DNA from: Alkalispirochaeta sp.
GTDB taxonomy: Bacteria > Spirochaetota > Spirochaetia > DSM-27196 > Alkalispirochaetaceae
Assembly (NCBI GenBank): GCA_965601925.1
Contig: OZ271854.1
Span: forward strand, 3,776,001-3,840,000
Direction: 5' to 3'
DNA length: 64,000 nucleotides
Both the position numbers and the translations under genes were made by a program. The notes beneath the pieces are model-generated. The model saw only the letters and a program-made list of their open reading frames with translations, was not told where the DNA came from and searched no databases. Position 1 is the stretch's first letter. Every line of letters starts with the position of its first letter. Positions 7,890-17,083 of this stretch are shown in pieces.

Positions 7890-9892
7890 AGGCGCGGTAT
7901 CGAAGCATACTACGGCAACTCGCCGGTCGCGAAGGGTATTGTACGGTGGAGGAGATCGCCAACGCCTGCGGCGCCGGAGTACGGACGATCCATCGCGATC
8001 TTCAACACATAGAGCGACTATTGGCATTAAGAGGGGTTCGCTTCGAGCGGCGGCGGGGCCACGGGGTGCGCCTCCTGGACCCGCTTCCGGATGGACTCCC
8101 CGATTCGCACGCCTCCTCGAGCAGCATGGACGTCCACGGTGCGGCCGACCGTCCTTTCTTACTACTCCTCTATCTGATCGCCAACCCCGGGTGGTGCAAA
8201 CTCTCGGAGCTCGCGCACGTGTTTTTCCTAAGCGACTCCTCGGTGAGCACGGCTCTCGGGCACCTCGACGAATATCTGCCGACGGGTTTGGAGTTGGAGC
8301 GGCAGAAAGGCGTAGGCGTACGCATGCTCGGCGATGAGCACGCAGAGCGGCTCGCATTTATGGCCGTCTTCGCCCGCTTCTTTCCGCGCTATCTGCCGAA
8401 CACGCCCGATTCCGACGGACCGCGTCTACTCCGGTCGCTTCGCATCGGTAACGCGGGGCACCTCATTCTGCGCAGTATCACCGCCGCGGAAGAGACGTTG
8501 GGGTACCGCTTCGCGCCCGGGTACTCCAGCATGCTATACAGTTACCTGTTTCTCGTACGGCGACGTCTGCCGGAGGGGCGCTCCCTGGTCCGCCTTCCCG
8601 ATTTTCATACCGATCTTCCCGATTTGGTTTCTCGTGCCGCTCACGCCATGGAGCGGGCGGCCCTCGCCGACGGTATTGTCGGAGTCTTTCCGGAGACCGA
8701 GAAGATCTTCTTGGCCCGCGTGCTTGCCGCGTGCGAACCGTTGGAGCCGCCGAATATCATATCGGGCGGCTTGATCGGCGCGCTGGAAGTGTCCATAGAG
8801 CATACCATCGAGCGCGCTCTGACGCGGGTGGAGGAGTACGAGCACGTATGGCTCCACGATGACCCCAAACTCCTCAACTACCTCCGGCTGACGTTGGCCG
8901 CCACAACGCGGCGATTGGACCTCTTTCACCGCTGGTTGGGAGGATGGCTGCCTCACACTCACGGTGGTATCAAGCGCGGCGACGACACTCATATCGATAT
9001 TCTCGTCGACGAGTATCGCACGGCGCTCTCCCATACGTTCGGCGACCGCGTCGGGGGCGCTAACGGTGGAAACAACGACTTGTATCGGGAGCTTCAGGAA
9101 CCCTACCTTGCGATAGACGCTCGGTTAACTCACGTTCGGTTGCGCCGGGGTGCGGGTATGGCCGTCAAGGTTTTGTGCTACGAGGGCCTCGGTATGTCGG
9201 CGTGGCTGGGATCGATCGCGGAGAGCGTTCTCCCATCCGGCGCGACCGTCGATACTCGCTGGGAACCGGTGGACACTCGCGATTGGGATCTCATCATCGC
9301 CACCTATCCGATCACCGCGGACGATACGCCGTGCGTCGTCATCGATAGCGACAACTCGCCGGAGACGATTCGACAGCGCATCGATGAGGCGGTTCAGTCT
9401 ATCGTACGCGACGGTCCGAGCGAGCGCGCCGGCGAGCCCGCGACAACTTCCACGTCTGGACTGTCCCTGCCGGTGATCATGGCGGTGGTACGGACGTTCT
9501 TCGTCGCACCGTTGGAAGGCTCGGAGGAGGCGATGATACGCGCCGTTGCAGAGTTGGACCGTGGAGACTGCGACGCGCGGCAGCTTCTCGCCGATTTTCG
9601 GCGTCGCGAAGCGTACGGATCGCTCGTATTCGAAGAGGTCGGTATCCGACTTCTGCACTGTCGCTCCGATGGAATCTCGGAGCCGCGCGCCGGCGTCCTG
9701 CGCCCTCCGGACGCGCCGACGATTTTGGTCCTGGCGGCGCCGCGAACCGCGCCGCCGGAACACACCGGAGTCCTCTCCGAAATAGTAGTGGCCATCCATG
9801 ACGAGCCGGGATTTTCACGCCTTCTTTCGGTCGGCGAACCGGTTCGTCTTCAGGCTGCATTGATCGAGTTGTTCAACAAGCGGCTTGTATAG
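7886..9892 (+). CDS. MtlR/LicR-type PTS-regulated transcriptional regulator (HTH, Mga-like HTH, two degenerate PRDs, EIIB, EIIA)
   Basis: HTH (EIANACGAGVRTIHRDL), second HTH, EIIB motif VLCYEGLGMS, EIIA motif RREAYGS...LLHCRS; last gene of the PTS operon. Confidence 0.82.
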   Translation: MKARYRSILRQLAGREGYCTVEEIANACGAGVRTIHRDLQHIERLLALRGVRFERRRGHGVRLLDPLPDGLPDSHASSSSMDVHGAADRPFLLLLYLIANPGWCKLSELAHVFFLSDSSVSTALGHLDEYLPTGLELERQKGVGVRMLGDEHAERLAFMAVFARFFPRYLPNTPDSDGPRLLRSLRIGNAGHLILRSITAAEETLGYRFAPGYSSMLYSYLFLVRRRLPEGRSLVRLPDFHTDLPDLVSRAAHAMERAALADGIVGVFPETEKIFLARVLAACEPLEPPNIISGGLIGALEVSIEHTIERALTRVEEYEHVWLHDDPKLLNYLRLTLAATTRRLDLFHRWLGGWLPHTHGGIKRGDDTHIDILVDEYRTALSHTFGDRVGGANGGNNDLYRELQEPYLAIDARLTHVRLRRGAGMAVKVLCYEGLGMSAWLGSIAESVLPSGATVDTRWEPVDTRDWDLIIATYPITADDTPCVVIDSDNSPETIRQRIDEAVQSIVRDGPSERAGEPATTSTSGLSLPVIMAVVRTFFVAPLEGSEEAMIRAVAELDRGDCDARQLLADFRRREAYGSLVFEEVGIRLLHCRSDGISEPRAGVLRPPDAPTILVLAAPRTAPPEHTGVLSEIVVAIHDEPGFSRLLSVGEPVRLQAALIELFNKRLV

Positions 9893-9907
9893 GCGAACCT
9901 GGGAACG

Positions 9908-9947
9908 CGCCGTCACCGCACCGCTTGGAGAGTCGTGGGCGACGGTG
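9908..9947. terminator. Imperfect hairpin between convergent genes
   Basis: CGCCGTCACC / GGCGACGGTG with one GU pair and one mismatch. Confidence 0.35.
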
Positions 9948-9981
9948 TGATCAGTTGGAGTAGCGATCGCGATCTGCGGCG

Positions 9982-10659
9982 TCAACGGTGATCCACGTCC
10001 GCCTCAACGACGGCTGAGCTCGAAGACGAGGTCGTCGCCGGTGCTATCGTGGTCTCGTCCTGAAAATATTTTGCAAAAAGCTCCGATATAACGGCATTCA
10101 GTTGCATCGTCGCTCTTACCGCCGAGGCGATGAGTCTGATTTGGTCCGGTTTCAGATTCTGGCTGAGGAGGAGATCCATCGCGCTCAAAATTACCTGGAT
10201 CGGGTTCTTCGTTTGATGCGACATCTCGCCGAAGAACTCCACCTTCGTTTGCTCCAGAGACATCTCGCCTACGATATTTTTCACCTCTACCGGCACCGAG
10301 TCGAGTGCGAGGGACTGACACAGATATTCAAAGGCGTGTTCAATCGTGACGACTCCCAGGAAACGCCCATCGGCGTCGAAACACGGTAGGGCGCGATATC
10401 CCGTTTCGATGAGAAGCCGCGTCGCCGTATCGATCGAGTCGCCGATTTGGATCGAAGGTTTTGCAACCATACAATCGCCGATCAACGTCTTCTTGTGGGT
10501 GAGATCCTTGGGAGTGAGCAACCCGACGAAGCGCGACTCGTCTCGGATTACGATGCACGTGTGGTTGGAGAAAAGCTTCTCGGCGGCTCGAACGGGAGCA
10601 ACGGCGGGTAGGGTGACGAGGTCGGTGACAATGATCTTCTCGACCGTTTCACCTATCAC
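9982..10659 (-). CDS. Tandem CBS-domain protein with C-terminal HisKA (DHp) segment and no HATPase domain
   Basis: CBS pair (FVGLLTPKDL; ALPCFDADGRFLGVVT) followed by H-box FFGEMSHQTKNPIQVILSAMDLL; ends ~55 aa after the His. Confidence 0.75.
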   Translation of the reverse strand: MIGETVEKIIVTDLVTLPAVAPVRAAEKLFSNHTCIVIRDESRFVGLLTPKDLTHKKTLIGDCMVAKPSIQIGDSIDTATRLLIETGYRALPCFDADGRFLGVVTIEHAFEYLCQSLALDSVPVEVKNIVGEMSLEQTKVEFFGEMSHQTKNPIQVILSAMDLLLSQNLKPDQIRLIASAVRATMQLNAVISELFAKYFQDETTIAPATTSSSSSAVVEADVDHR

Positions 10660-11000
10660 TACAACTCGATACCTTCCGTAAAACGTCGAACGGTAAAATT
10701 GACGTTTACCGCCTCGCTCTCGTCGAGAAAGGGGAACACGTGCTCGGCGAGCACCTTCTCGACCTGCGGATACGCCAAACGTCTCACTACCTGCTTACTG
10801 ACGACCACCGAACCGATGTTCGGATGCTTGGGATTGTCCACATCATAAAAGTCGTACTGATCCGGTACCAAGAATCTGAACGACTCAAAGATGCCGAGTT
10901 TGCCGTGTGTATAGCGACTCCCGAGCACGAGTATGTCGGTCACCGGCGGCAACTTAACCGCTTCAAAGTCCAATCTCACCTCGTATCGATATTGCGGCAT
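10659..11000 (-). CDS. Hypothetical 113-aa cytoplasmic protein, translationally coupled to the CBS-HisKA gene
   Basis: GGAGG RBS upstream, globular protein-like composition, TAG/GTG 1-nt overlap with the next gene. Confidence 0.75.
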   Translation of the reverse strand: MPQYRYEVRLDFEAVKLPPVTDILVLGSRYTHGKLGIFESFRFLVPDQYDFYDVDNPKHPNIGSVVVSKQVVRRLAYPQVEKVLAEHVFPFLDESEAVNVNFTVRRFTEGIEL

Positions 11001-11161
11001 TATCGACGACCTCCATAGCGCGCAAGATACTCAGTTATTCCACTTATCCGGGCAACGTAAACAGTATTTCATACTAAGCATAGAATTGTAAAATGATAAT
11101 AAAGAGTTTCATATTATGAAATGTTGTCTACGATCGGTATCGATCCCTCGCAGATTGCTTG

Positions 11162-11191
11162 TTGACACGTCCCGCGACAACGTGGTAATTT
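11162..11191 (+). promoter_or_regulatory. sigma70 promoter of tRNA-Tyr
   Basis: TTGACA (11162-11167), 18 nt, TG-extended TAATTT (11186-11191), GC-rich discriminator. Confidence 0.65.
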
Positions 11192-11206
11192 CCGCGTCGA
11201 CTTTTT

Positions 11207-11288
11207 GGGGAGTTTCCGGAGCGGTCAAACGGGGCAGACTGTAAATCTGTTGGCTACGCCTTCGCAGGTTCGAATCCTGCACTCCCCA
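11207..11288 (+). tRNA. tRNA-Tyr (GTA), CCA not encoded
   Basis: Acceptor GGGGAGT/ACTCCCC, anticodon loop CTGTAAA, long variable arm, GGTTCGAATCC T-arm. Confidence 0.96.
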
Positions 11289-11290
11289 TC

Positions 11291-11329
11291 TCCTTCGCGA
11301 TCACACGGCGTCGCGAGGGATTTTTTTTT
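11291..11329 (+). terminator. Rho-independent terminator after tRNA-Tyr
   Basis: TCCTTCGCGA/TCGCGAGGGA stem followed by T9. Confidence 0.85.
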
Positions 11330-11353
11330 GCCTCTTATGGTATGATGGCGGTG

Positions 11354-11821
11354 ATGATGCAACCTTCCTTTTGGAATCGCGGCCTCCGTTTCGTATGTAC
11401 CCAATGCTCTCGATGCTGTCGGCATGACAGCGGGTACGTCTTTCTATCCGAAGACGATCTGAAACGGTTGTTGCAGTTCACCGGTCTTATGCGGGAGGAG
11501 TTTATCGTCCGTTACGCCGCGTGGGCCCCATTCGGTATTGAGGACCACCTGTCGCTTGCCGAACAAGACAATAAAGATTGTGTCTTCTGGAAGGACGGTG
11601 GATGCTCCGTGTATCCCGCGCGACCCTTGCAATGTAGGACGTATCCGTTTTGGTCGCATATTGTGGATTCCGAAGAGCATTGGGCGCGTGAGGCGTCCGA
11701 ATGTCCCGGAATAGATATCGGGCCGTCTCGTAACGGCGAGGATATCTCTGCGGCACTGCATGCGCGTCGCGCCGCGCCGCCGATCCATCGTCCGCGTGAG
11801 ACCGGATGGAGAGGCGAATGA
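11354..11821 (+). CDS. YkgJ/UPF0153-family cysteine-cluster (putative Fe-S) protein
   Basis: FVCTQCSRCC...CVFW..GGCSVYPARPLQCRTYPFW...CPGI; start could be 11342, 11345 or 11354. Confidence 0.85.
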   Translation: MMQPSFWNRGLRFVCTQCSRCCRHDSGYVFLSEDDLKRLLQFTGLMREEFIVRYAAWAPFGIEDHLSLAEQDNKDCVFWKDGGCSVYPARPLQCRTYPFWSHIVDSEEHWAREASECPGIDIGPSRNGEDISAALHARRAAPPIHRPRETGWRGE

Positions 11822-12762
11822 AGTTTACCGTGTGGGGTGCACGGGGTTCTCATCCCGTTCCGCTCACCCCTCAAGCTATACGAAGCAAGATCGCGACCGT
11901 CGTACAGCGCATCCGTCCCGGCGATCTGGTGAACTCCGATTCGCGCGAGCGTTTTTTGGCCTCGCTCCCGGCGTGGCTGTTCGGTACTACGAGCGGCAAC
12001 ACGGCGTGTGTGCAGCTGGAGTTGGACGAGTCCGGTCGACAGTTCATTTTCGATGCGGGAAGCGGCATCATCGGGCTCGGTTCGTCGCTGACTCACGCTG
12101 CGGTGATGCCGACCGAGTTTCATATCTTTTTCACCCACTTCCACTACGACCACGTGCAAGGATTGCCGTTCTTTATGCACGCGTACAATCCGAGCATACC
12201 GATACACTTTTACAGTCCCCTCGACGGCCTCGAGGCGATTCTGTCGCGCCAGATGCACCATCCCTATTTCCCGGTTACGATGGAAGATCGAATGTCCAAT
12301 CTACATTTTCACCAAATCTCTCCCGACGGGGTCGATTTGTACGACGCGGCCGTCCGGTGGAGGGAGCTTAACCATCCGGGGCGCGCTTTCGGATATCGCG
12401 TCGACTACCGTGGTCGCAGTTTTGCCTACGTAACCGACGTAGAGCTTCAGGAGGGCGATTTCACAAAGACCGCTGAAAACGCGCGGTTCTTTCGAGACGT
12501 CGATGCGATGATCCTCGATACGCAGTACACTCTCGATGAGGCGATCGAGAAGTATAACTGGGGGCACTCATCCTTTAGTTTGGGTGTCGACTTTGCCGTC
12601 GCGTGGGGAGTAAAGCGACTGTTCATGTTTCACCACGAACCGACGTACGACGACAAGAAACTCGACCAGAACGTGAACTCGGCGCGGTGGTATGCCAACC
12701 GGAGCGGTGGAGATACACTCGAGATCGACTTGGCGCGGGAGGGCGTTACCATCGATGTCTGA
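11818..12762 (+). CDS. Metallo-beta-lactamase-fold hydrolase (phosphodiesterase-like)
   Basis: WGARGS, GNTACV, DAGSG, THFHYDHVQG, LNHPG, TDVE, WGHSS, FHHEP. Confidence 0.88.
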   Translation: MKFTVWGARGSHPVPLTPQAIRSKIATVVQRIRPGDLVNSDSRERFLASLPAWLFGTTSGNTACVQLELDESGRQFIFDAGSGIIGLGSSLTHAAVMPTEFHIFFTHFHYDHVQGLPFFMHAYNPSIPIHFYSPLDGLEAILSRQMHHPYFPVTMEDRMSNLHFHQISPDGVDLYDAAVRWRELNHPGRAFGYRVDYRGRSFAYVTDVELQEGDFTKTAENARFFRDVDAMILDTQYTLDEAIEKYNWGHSSFSLGVDFAVAWGVKRLFMFHHEPTYDDKKLDQNVNSARWYANRSGGDTLEIDLAREGVTIDV

Positions 12763-12946
12763 CCGAGCGCCGTCGGAGTTTTCCATGGACGACGGGGAGC
12801 AACGAGAGCTGTTCGTTTTTTTGAATCGAAGTTGTGAAACCCTTAGTCCTACCCTGTGCGAGGTACTGCGTCGCCTCGAGCGCGAGCTCTACCGCCGACT
12901 CTCGATCGCCGACATGGAAGAGCTCATAAAAAAGTCGACCGAATAA
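12755..12946 (+). CDS. Small hypothetical helical protein (~63 aa)
   Basis: ATG overlaps the MBL gene end; fills the gap; amphipathic helices (LRRLERELYRRLSIADME). Confidence 0.6.
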   Translation: MSDRAPSEFSMDDGEQRELFVFLNRSCETLSPTLCEVLRRLERELYRRLSIADMEELIKKSTE

Positions 12947-13028
12947 CGTGTAGTTCGACGCGTGGGGAGGGGAAGCGCCGAGGAATGATAACACTCGCCG
13001 GGCGTGATACATATCGGGAACGAGCGCT

Positions 13029-16000
13029 ATGAATACATCGATAGTGAAGCATACTTCGACCGTTGTCCGTCGTATCGGTCTTCTCATGATTGCGATCCTC
13101 GTGGGAGCGGCTTCCCTTGCGGCCGATGAGTCGGACCCCGCGGAGACCTACCGACCGACGTTGTGGCGGCCCCGCACACTGGGCGCTTCGGTCGGCTCGT
13201 TCGCAGGAGACGATGATCCACTTTCGATGTTGTGGCTTCCCCATCTCACCGCCGGTACGCGGGAAACACGTGTCGCCGCCTCCGGAGGGATAGCGCTCGG
13301 CGACGGAACGACGGGCGGTGCAACGGCGATTACGGTACCCGGTCGGCGCTTCGCCTGGACCGGCGGAGTAGGATTTCTCGGTGACGACGACGGCACAATC
13401 GTCCACGGATCGGTCGGCGGTGCGCGTCCGTTGGGCGCTCGCCTGAGCGCCGGCGCCTCTTTCGGTGCAACCGTTGCCGCCGGCGACGGCGCCGCCGAGG
13501 TAGGCCTCGGTATCGATGTCGGAGCGCGATACCGACTACCGCCGGTCGGTGCGATCTCGCGTGTCGAGGTGCACGCGGCGATGCTCGATATCGGAACCGC
13601 GGCGCGTAGAGAGCCGTTTGAGCCGCTTATTGCACCCTTCACGCCCTACGTCGGTGTGCGTGCCCGCATCGTAGAGAACGAATCACTTGCGATCGACGTA
13701 TCCGCGGCAGTGCGTTCGGAGAGCTTTGCGCAAACGTGGATCGAGACGGTCGGCGCGATCCATATTGCTCGCCGTGTATCGGTTACGATGGGCCTCAATA
13801 CGCCGCTCGAAACGGATGCTGAACGTGTGTGGCCGGGAATCTCGGTCGGCGCCGCGATACCGCTCGGCACCGGCGAGACGCGCGCTTCGGCCGCGGCGCA
13901 GCCCACAACCGACGGGTCGGCCCTCTTGGCCGGTGAGTTCGCGGCGGTATTTCCGTCGACCGATCGCGCCACACCCGAAGCGCGTTTCGCGGTGGTCGAG
14001 CCCGATTCGGATCGAGCGAGAATCGGAGTCGGGGCGTCGCTTCGAGGGGATGTCACACGCGTATACTTGGCGCCCCTTTCCGGTCTGGAGCAGGTCGTCG
14101 TCGAGGTGAGCACGGAAGACGACTTGTGGATCGGCGGTATCGAGGCGGCACTCTTTGCATCGGACGGGACTGAGATTCGCACTTGGAGCATGCAACCGCT
14201 GGGAGATCCGACCGTCCTCGGTGATATCTCCGAACGATTGACGTCCGATCTCAACCATCGCTCCTTTTCCGCGGAAGTGGTGTGGGGTGTCGCCGACGCG
14301 CCCTCCGACGGACGCTATCGTCTCGAGTTGTCCGCGTTCGATGCGGCGGATAATCGTCGCGATATGCCGGACATCGAGATCGTCGTCGATCGTACGCCGC
14401 CGAGCCTTTCGATGCATCTTGACCTTCTCGCCGCGCGCGACAACGAGTCGTCGAATCCACTCGTCTCGGTGATTGTCACCGATGACGTAACCGGAGAAGA
14501 GGTGCCGATCGCCTTGGACCCCGATGGGGAGCTCTCCGTCGAGTTGCACTATGATGACGCCGAACGAATCGAAGTCGACGTCGTAGATCAGGCGTATCGC
14601 CGCCTCTTTTCCCTTCCCGTCGTACCCGAGACGAACGGTAGGCACGACACGCTGGTGGCGGTGTGGTCGGGGCAGGATGAACACGGACGTCGCCTCGTCG
14701 AGGGAGTATATCGTATCCGTGCCGTTGCGAGGGACCGTATCGGCAACACCCATACCGTCACGAGTCCTCCGATCATCGTACGACCGCAGCCCGCCCGATT
14801 CAGTCTGGCCGTCTCCGATCGCATCGTCTCACCGAACGGAGACGGACTGAGGGACGCGTTGACGGTGCTCCCGGAGCTTCAACCCATCGCGGGTCTTTCG
14901 GAATGGAAAATCGAGTTGCGTCGCATCGACGAGGAAACGAGCGTCCGCGAATGGTCGGGGATTGACCTGCCGCCCGAGCGACTCTCCTTGGACCGACGGA
15001 TATTGCCAGCCGACGGAGAGTACTATCTCCGCGGGGTCGCGCGCTACCGAAACGGCATCACGGCCGAAGACGTAACCGAACGCTTTATCGTTGACAGCGT
15101 GCCTCCGTCGGTCGATTTGGCCCTATCGAGTCCGATCGTCTATCCCGATCGGCTGCGGGAGCTCGGGATTTTCCTCGAAGGGGACGACACGATCATTGAG
15201 GGCAGACTGGTGCTCCTCACCGACGACGGGCAAGCGGCGGTCACGATCAGCGAGTTCGGCGCCCTACCTGAGTACGTTCCGTGGCAGCTCAACGCTCCGG
15301 ACGGGTCACTATATCCTCCGGGAGAGTACGGTATATACGTGGAGGTCGCCGACAACGCCGGAAACCGGGCACGCTCGGTCACGCGACGGTTTGAACTGAC
15401 CCCGCGCCTCGAGGGCGCCGACCTCGTAGTACAACGCCCCTTTTTCAGCCCCAACGGCGACGGACGCTTTGACGACATCGTCTTCGCCACCGAAATTTCC
15501 GATCGCGCCGGTGCGGGCTCGTTTTCCATCGAGATATTCCGTGACGGATCGGGTGACGCGCGTTCGGTACGCCGATTTTCCGGAAGCTTACCGGCTCCCC
15601 AACGCGTGACATGGGACGGCCGAGACGATCGGGGACTCCCCGTGGAAGACGGACGGTATTACGGCGAGCTCACCGTCGCCTCCCAGGGGCGAGGCGAGGT
15701 CCGTGCGCGTTCTCAGACGTTGACGGCCGATACGACGCCGCCGGCAGCCGGACTGCGACTCGTCGGACCGGATCGAGTTTCGCCGGACGGAGACGGAGTG
15801 CAGGACGAATTGATGCTCAGGATCGATCGCGGCGACGCATCGCGCGTGAACGTCGAGGTTACCGCCGCGTCCGGAGGGACGCCGATTGCACTCGTCGAAA
15901 ATCTCGCCGGCGACGGTATCTCCTGGCCGCCTCTGACGGTCGACGGACGCCCGCTCTCGGACGGAGAATACCGTGCGGCGATCGTCGCCGTCGACCGCGC

Positions 16001-17081
16001 CGGCAACGCGGCGCGTAGCGAGGCGATCACGTTTACCGTCGATACACGGCCGGTCGGCGGGTTCATACGGTTGAGCGCCGCCGCGATTTCACCCAACGGC
16101 GACGGCATAGCCGACGCGGTAACGGCACATCTCGTCGTACCCGATACGATCGGTTTAGCCGAATGGCGTCTCGTGGTGGTGCCGATCGGCGGCGGGAGTG
16201 AATCGTTCGTTCTCGACGGTGCATCGGGTGATATACCGAGCGCCGTTACGTGGTCCGCGGATGAGGTGCCCGACGGGGAGTATGTGGTTCGCTTCACCGG
16301 TCGGTTCGATCACGGGCCGGTACTCGATATCGAGTCGCCTCCGATCGCGGTAGACGGCGCCGGACCGGTGGTTGAGGCGACGGTCACACCGCAGCCGTTC
16401 TCTCCCGACGGCGACGGACGCGACGACACACTGTTGATCGCCGTAGACGTGAGCGATCGGTCGCCGGTTCGCTATTGGCTCCTGGAAATCTTCGATCCGA
16501 CCGGCGCGTTCTTCTACGATATGGGCGGCCGCGGAGAGGTCCCCGAGCGTATTCGGTGGGACGGCAGGGCAAGAAACGGAGAGCGTGTCCTCTCGGCCGA
16601 GGAGTACGCGTGGCGTCTCGAGGTTGCCGACGACCTCGGCAATATCTCAGTCAGCGAAGGCTTCATCGAGATCGACGTGCTGGTCGAGCCGTTCGACGGC
16701 GGCTATCGCATACAGATTCCCAGCATCGTTTTTCAGCCGAACTCGGCACAGCTCATTCTCGCCGAGGACGACCAGCGCGGCATCAATAATCGTGCGGTTC
16801 TCGCCCGATTGGCGGAAATTCTGGGGCGTTTCCCCGACTACTCGATCGAAGTCGAAGGCCATGCGGTCAATATCACCGGTACCGAGCGCGAACAGGAGGA
16901 AACCCTTATCCCGCTCTCCCGCGCGCGCGCCGAGGCGGTTCGGGAGGCATTGATCGACGCCGGCATTTCCCCGCGATTGCTCTCCTCGCGCGGGCGCGGG
17001 GGCGCATCGCCGATCGTGCCTCACGATGATGAGGAGAACCGCTGGAAAAATAGACGCGTGGACTTTATTCTTCGTCGGTAG
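13029..17081 (+). CDS. Large envelope protein: signal peptide, probable N-terminal beta-barrel, repeated FlgD/CHU_C-like Ig domains, C-terminal OmpA peptidoglycan-binding domain
   Basis: Five SP(N/D)GDG repeats and WDG-x-x-x-x-G...DG-x-Y motifs; C-terminal IEVEGHA...LSRARAEAV...NRRVDF. Confidence 0.85.
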   Translation: MNTSIVKHTSTVVRRIGLLMIAILVGAASLAADESDPAETYRPTLWRPRTLGASVGSFAGDDDPLSMLWLPHLTAGTRETRVAASGGIALGDGTTGGATAITVPGRRFAWTGGVGFLGDDDGTIVHGSVGGARPLGARLSAGASFGATVAAGDGAAEVGLGIDVGARYRLPPVGAISRVEVHAAMLDIGTAARREPFEPLIAPFTPYVGVRARIVENESLAIDVSAAVRSESFAQTWIETVGAIHIARRVSVTMGLNTPLETDAERVWPGISVGAAIPLGTGETRASAAAQPTTDGSALLAGEFAAVFPSTDRATPEARFAVVEPDSDRARIGVGASLRGDVTRVYLAPLSGLEQVVVEVSTEDDLWIGGIEAALFASDGTEIRTWSMQPLGDPTVLGDISERLTSDLNHRSFSAEVVWGVADAPSDGRYRLELSAFDAADNRRDMPDIEIVVDRTPPSLSMHLDLLAARDNESSNPLVSVIVTDDVTGEEVPIALDPDGELSVELHYDDAERIEVDVVDQAYRRLFSLPVVPETNGRHDTLVAVWSGQDEHGRRLVEGVYRIRAVARDRIGNTHTVTSPPIIVRPQPARFSLAVSDRIVSPNGDGLRDALTVLPELQPIAGLSEWKIELRRIDEETSVREWSGIDLPPERLSLDRRILPADGEYYLRGVARYRNGITAEDVTERFIVDSVPPSVDLALSSPIVYPDRLRELGIFLEGDDTIIEGRLVLLTDDGQAAVTISEFGALPEYVPWQLNAPDGSLYPPGEYGIYVEVADNAGNRARSVTRRFELTPRLEGADLVVQRPFFSPNGDGRFDDIVFATEISDRAGAGSFSIEIFRDGSGDARSVRRFSGSLPAPQRVTWDGRDDRGLPVEDGRYYGELTVASQGRGEVRARSQTLTADTTPPAAGLRLVGPDRVSPDGDGVQDELMLRIDRGDASRVNVEVTAASGGTPIALVENLAGDGISWPPLTVDGRPLSDGEYRAAIVAVDRAGNAARSEAITFTVDTRPVGGFIRLSAAAISPNGDGIADAVTAHLVVPDTIGLAEWRLVVVPIGGGSESFVLDGASGDIPSAVTWSADEVPDGEYVVRFTGRFDHGPVLDIESPPIAVDGAGPVVEATVTPQPFSPDGDGRDDTLLIAVDVSDRSPVRYWLLEIFDPTGAFFYDMGGRGEVPERIRWDGRARNGERVLSAEEYAWRLEVADDLGNISVSEGFIEIDVLVEPFDGGYRIQIPSIVFQPNSAQLILAEDDQRGINNRAVLARLAEILGRFPDYSIEVEGHAVNITGTEREQEETLIPLSRARAEAVREALIDAGISPRLLSSRGRGGASPIVPHDDEENRWKNRRVDFILRR

Positions 17082-17083
17082 CC

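Noticed and set aside
11036..11050. DnaA-box-like TTATTCCAC/TTATCC in the AT-rich region as an origin
   Set aside because: Imperfect, not clustered, and no dnaA/dnaN context
1..11290. Accessory block next to tRNA-Tyr as an integrated element or prophage
   Set aside because: No integrase, transposase or phage gene; the block lies 5' of the tRNA and no duplicated tRNA 3' end was seen in the window
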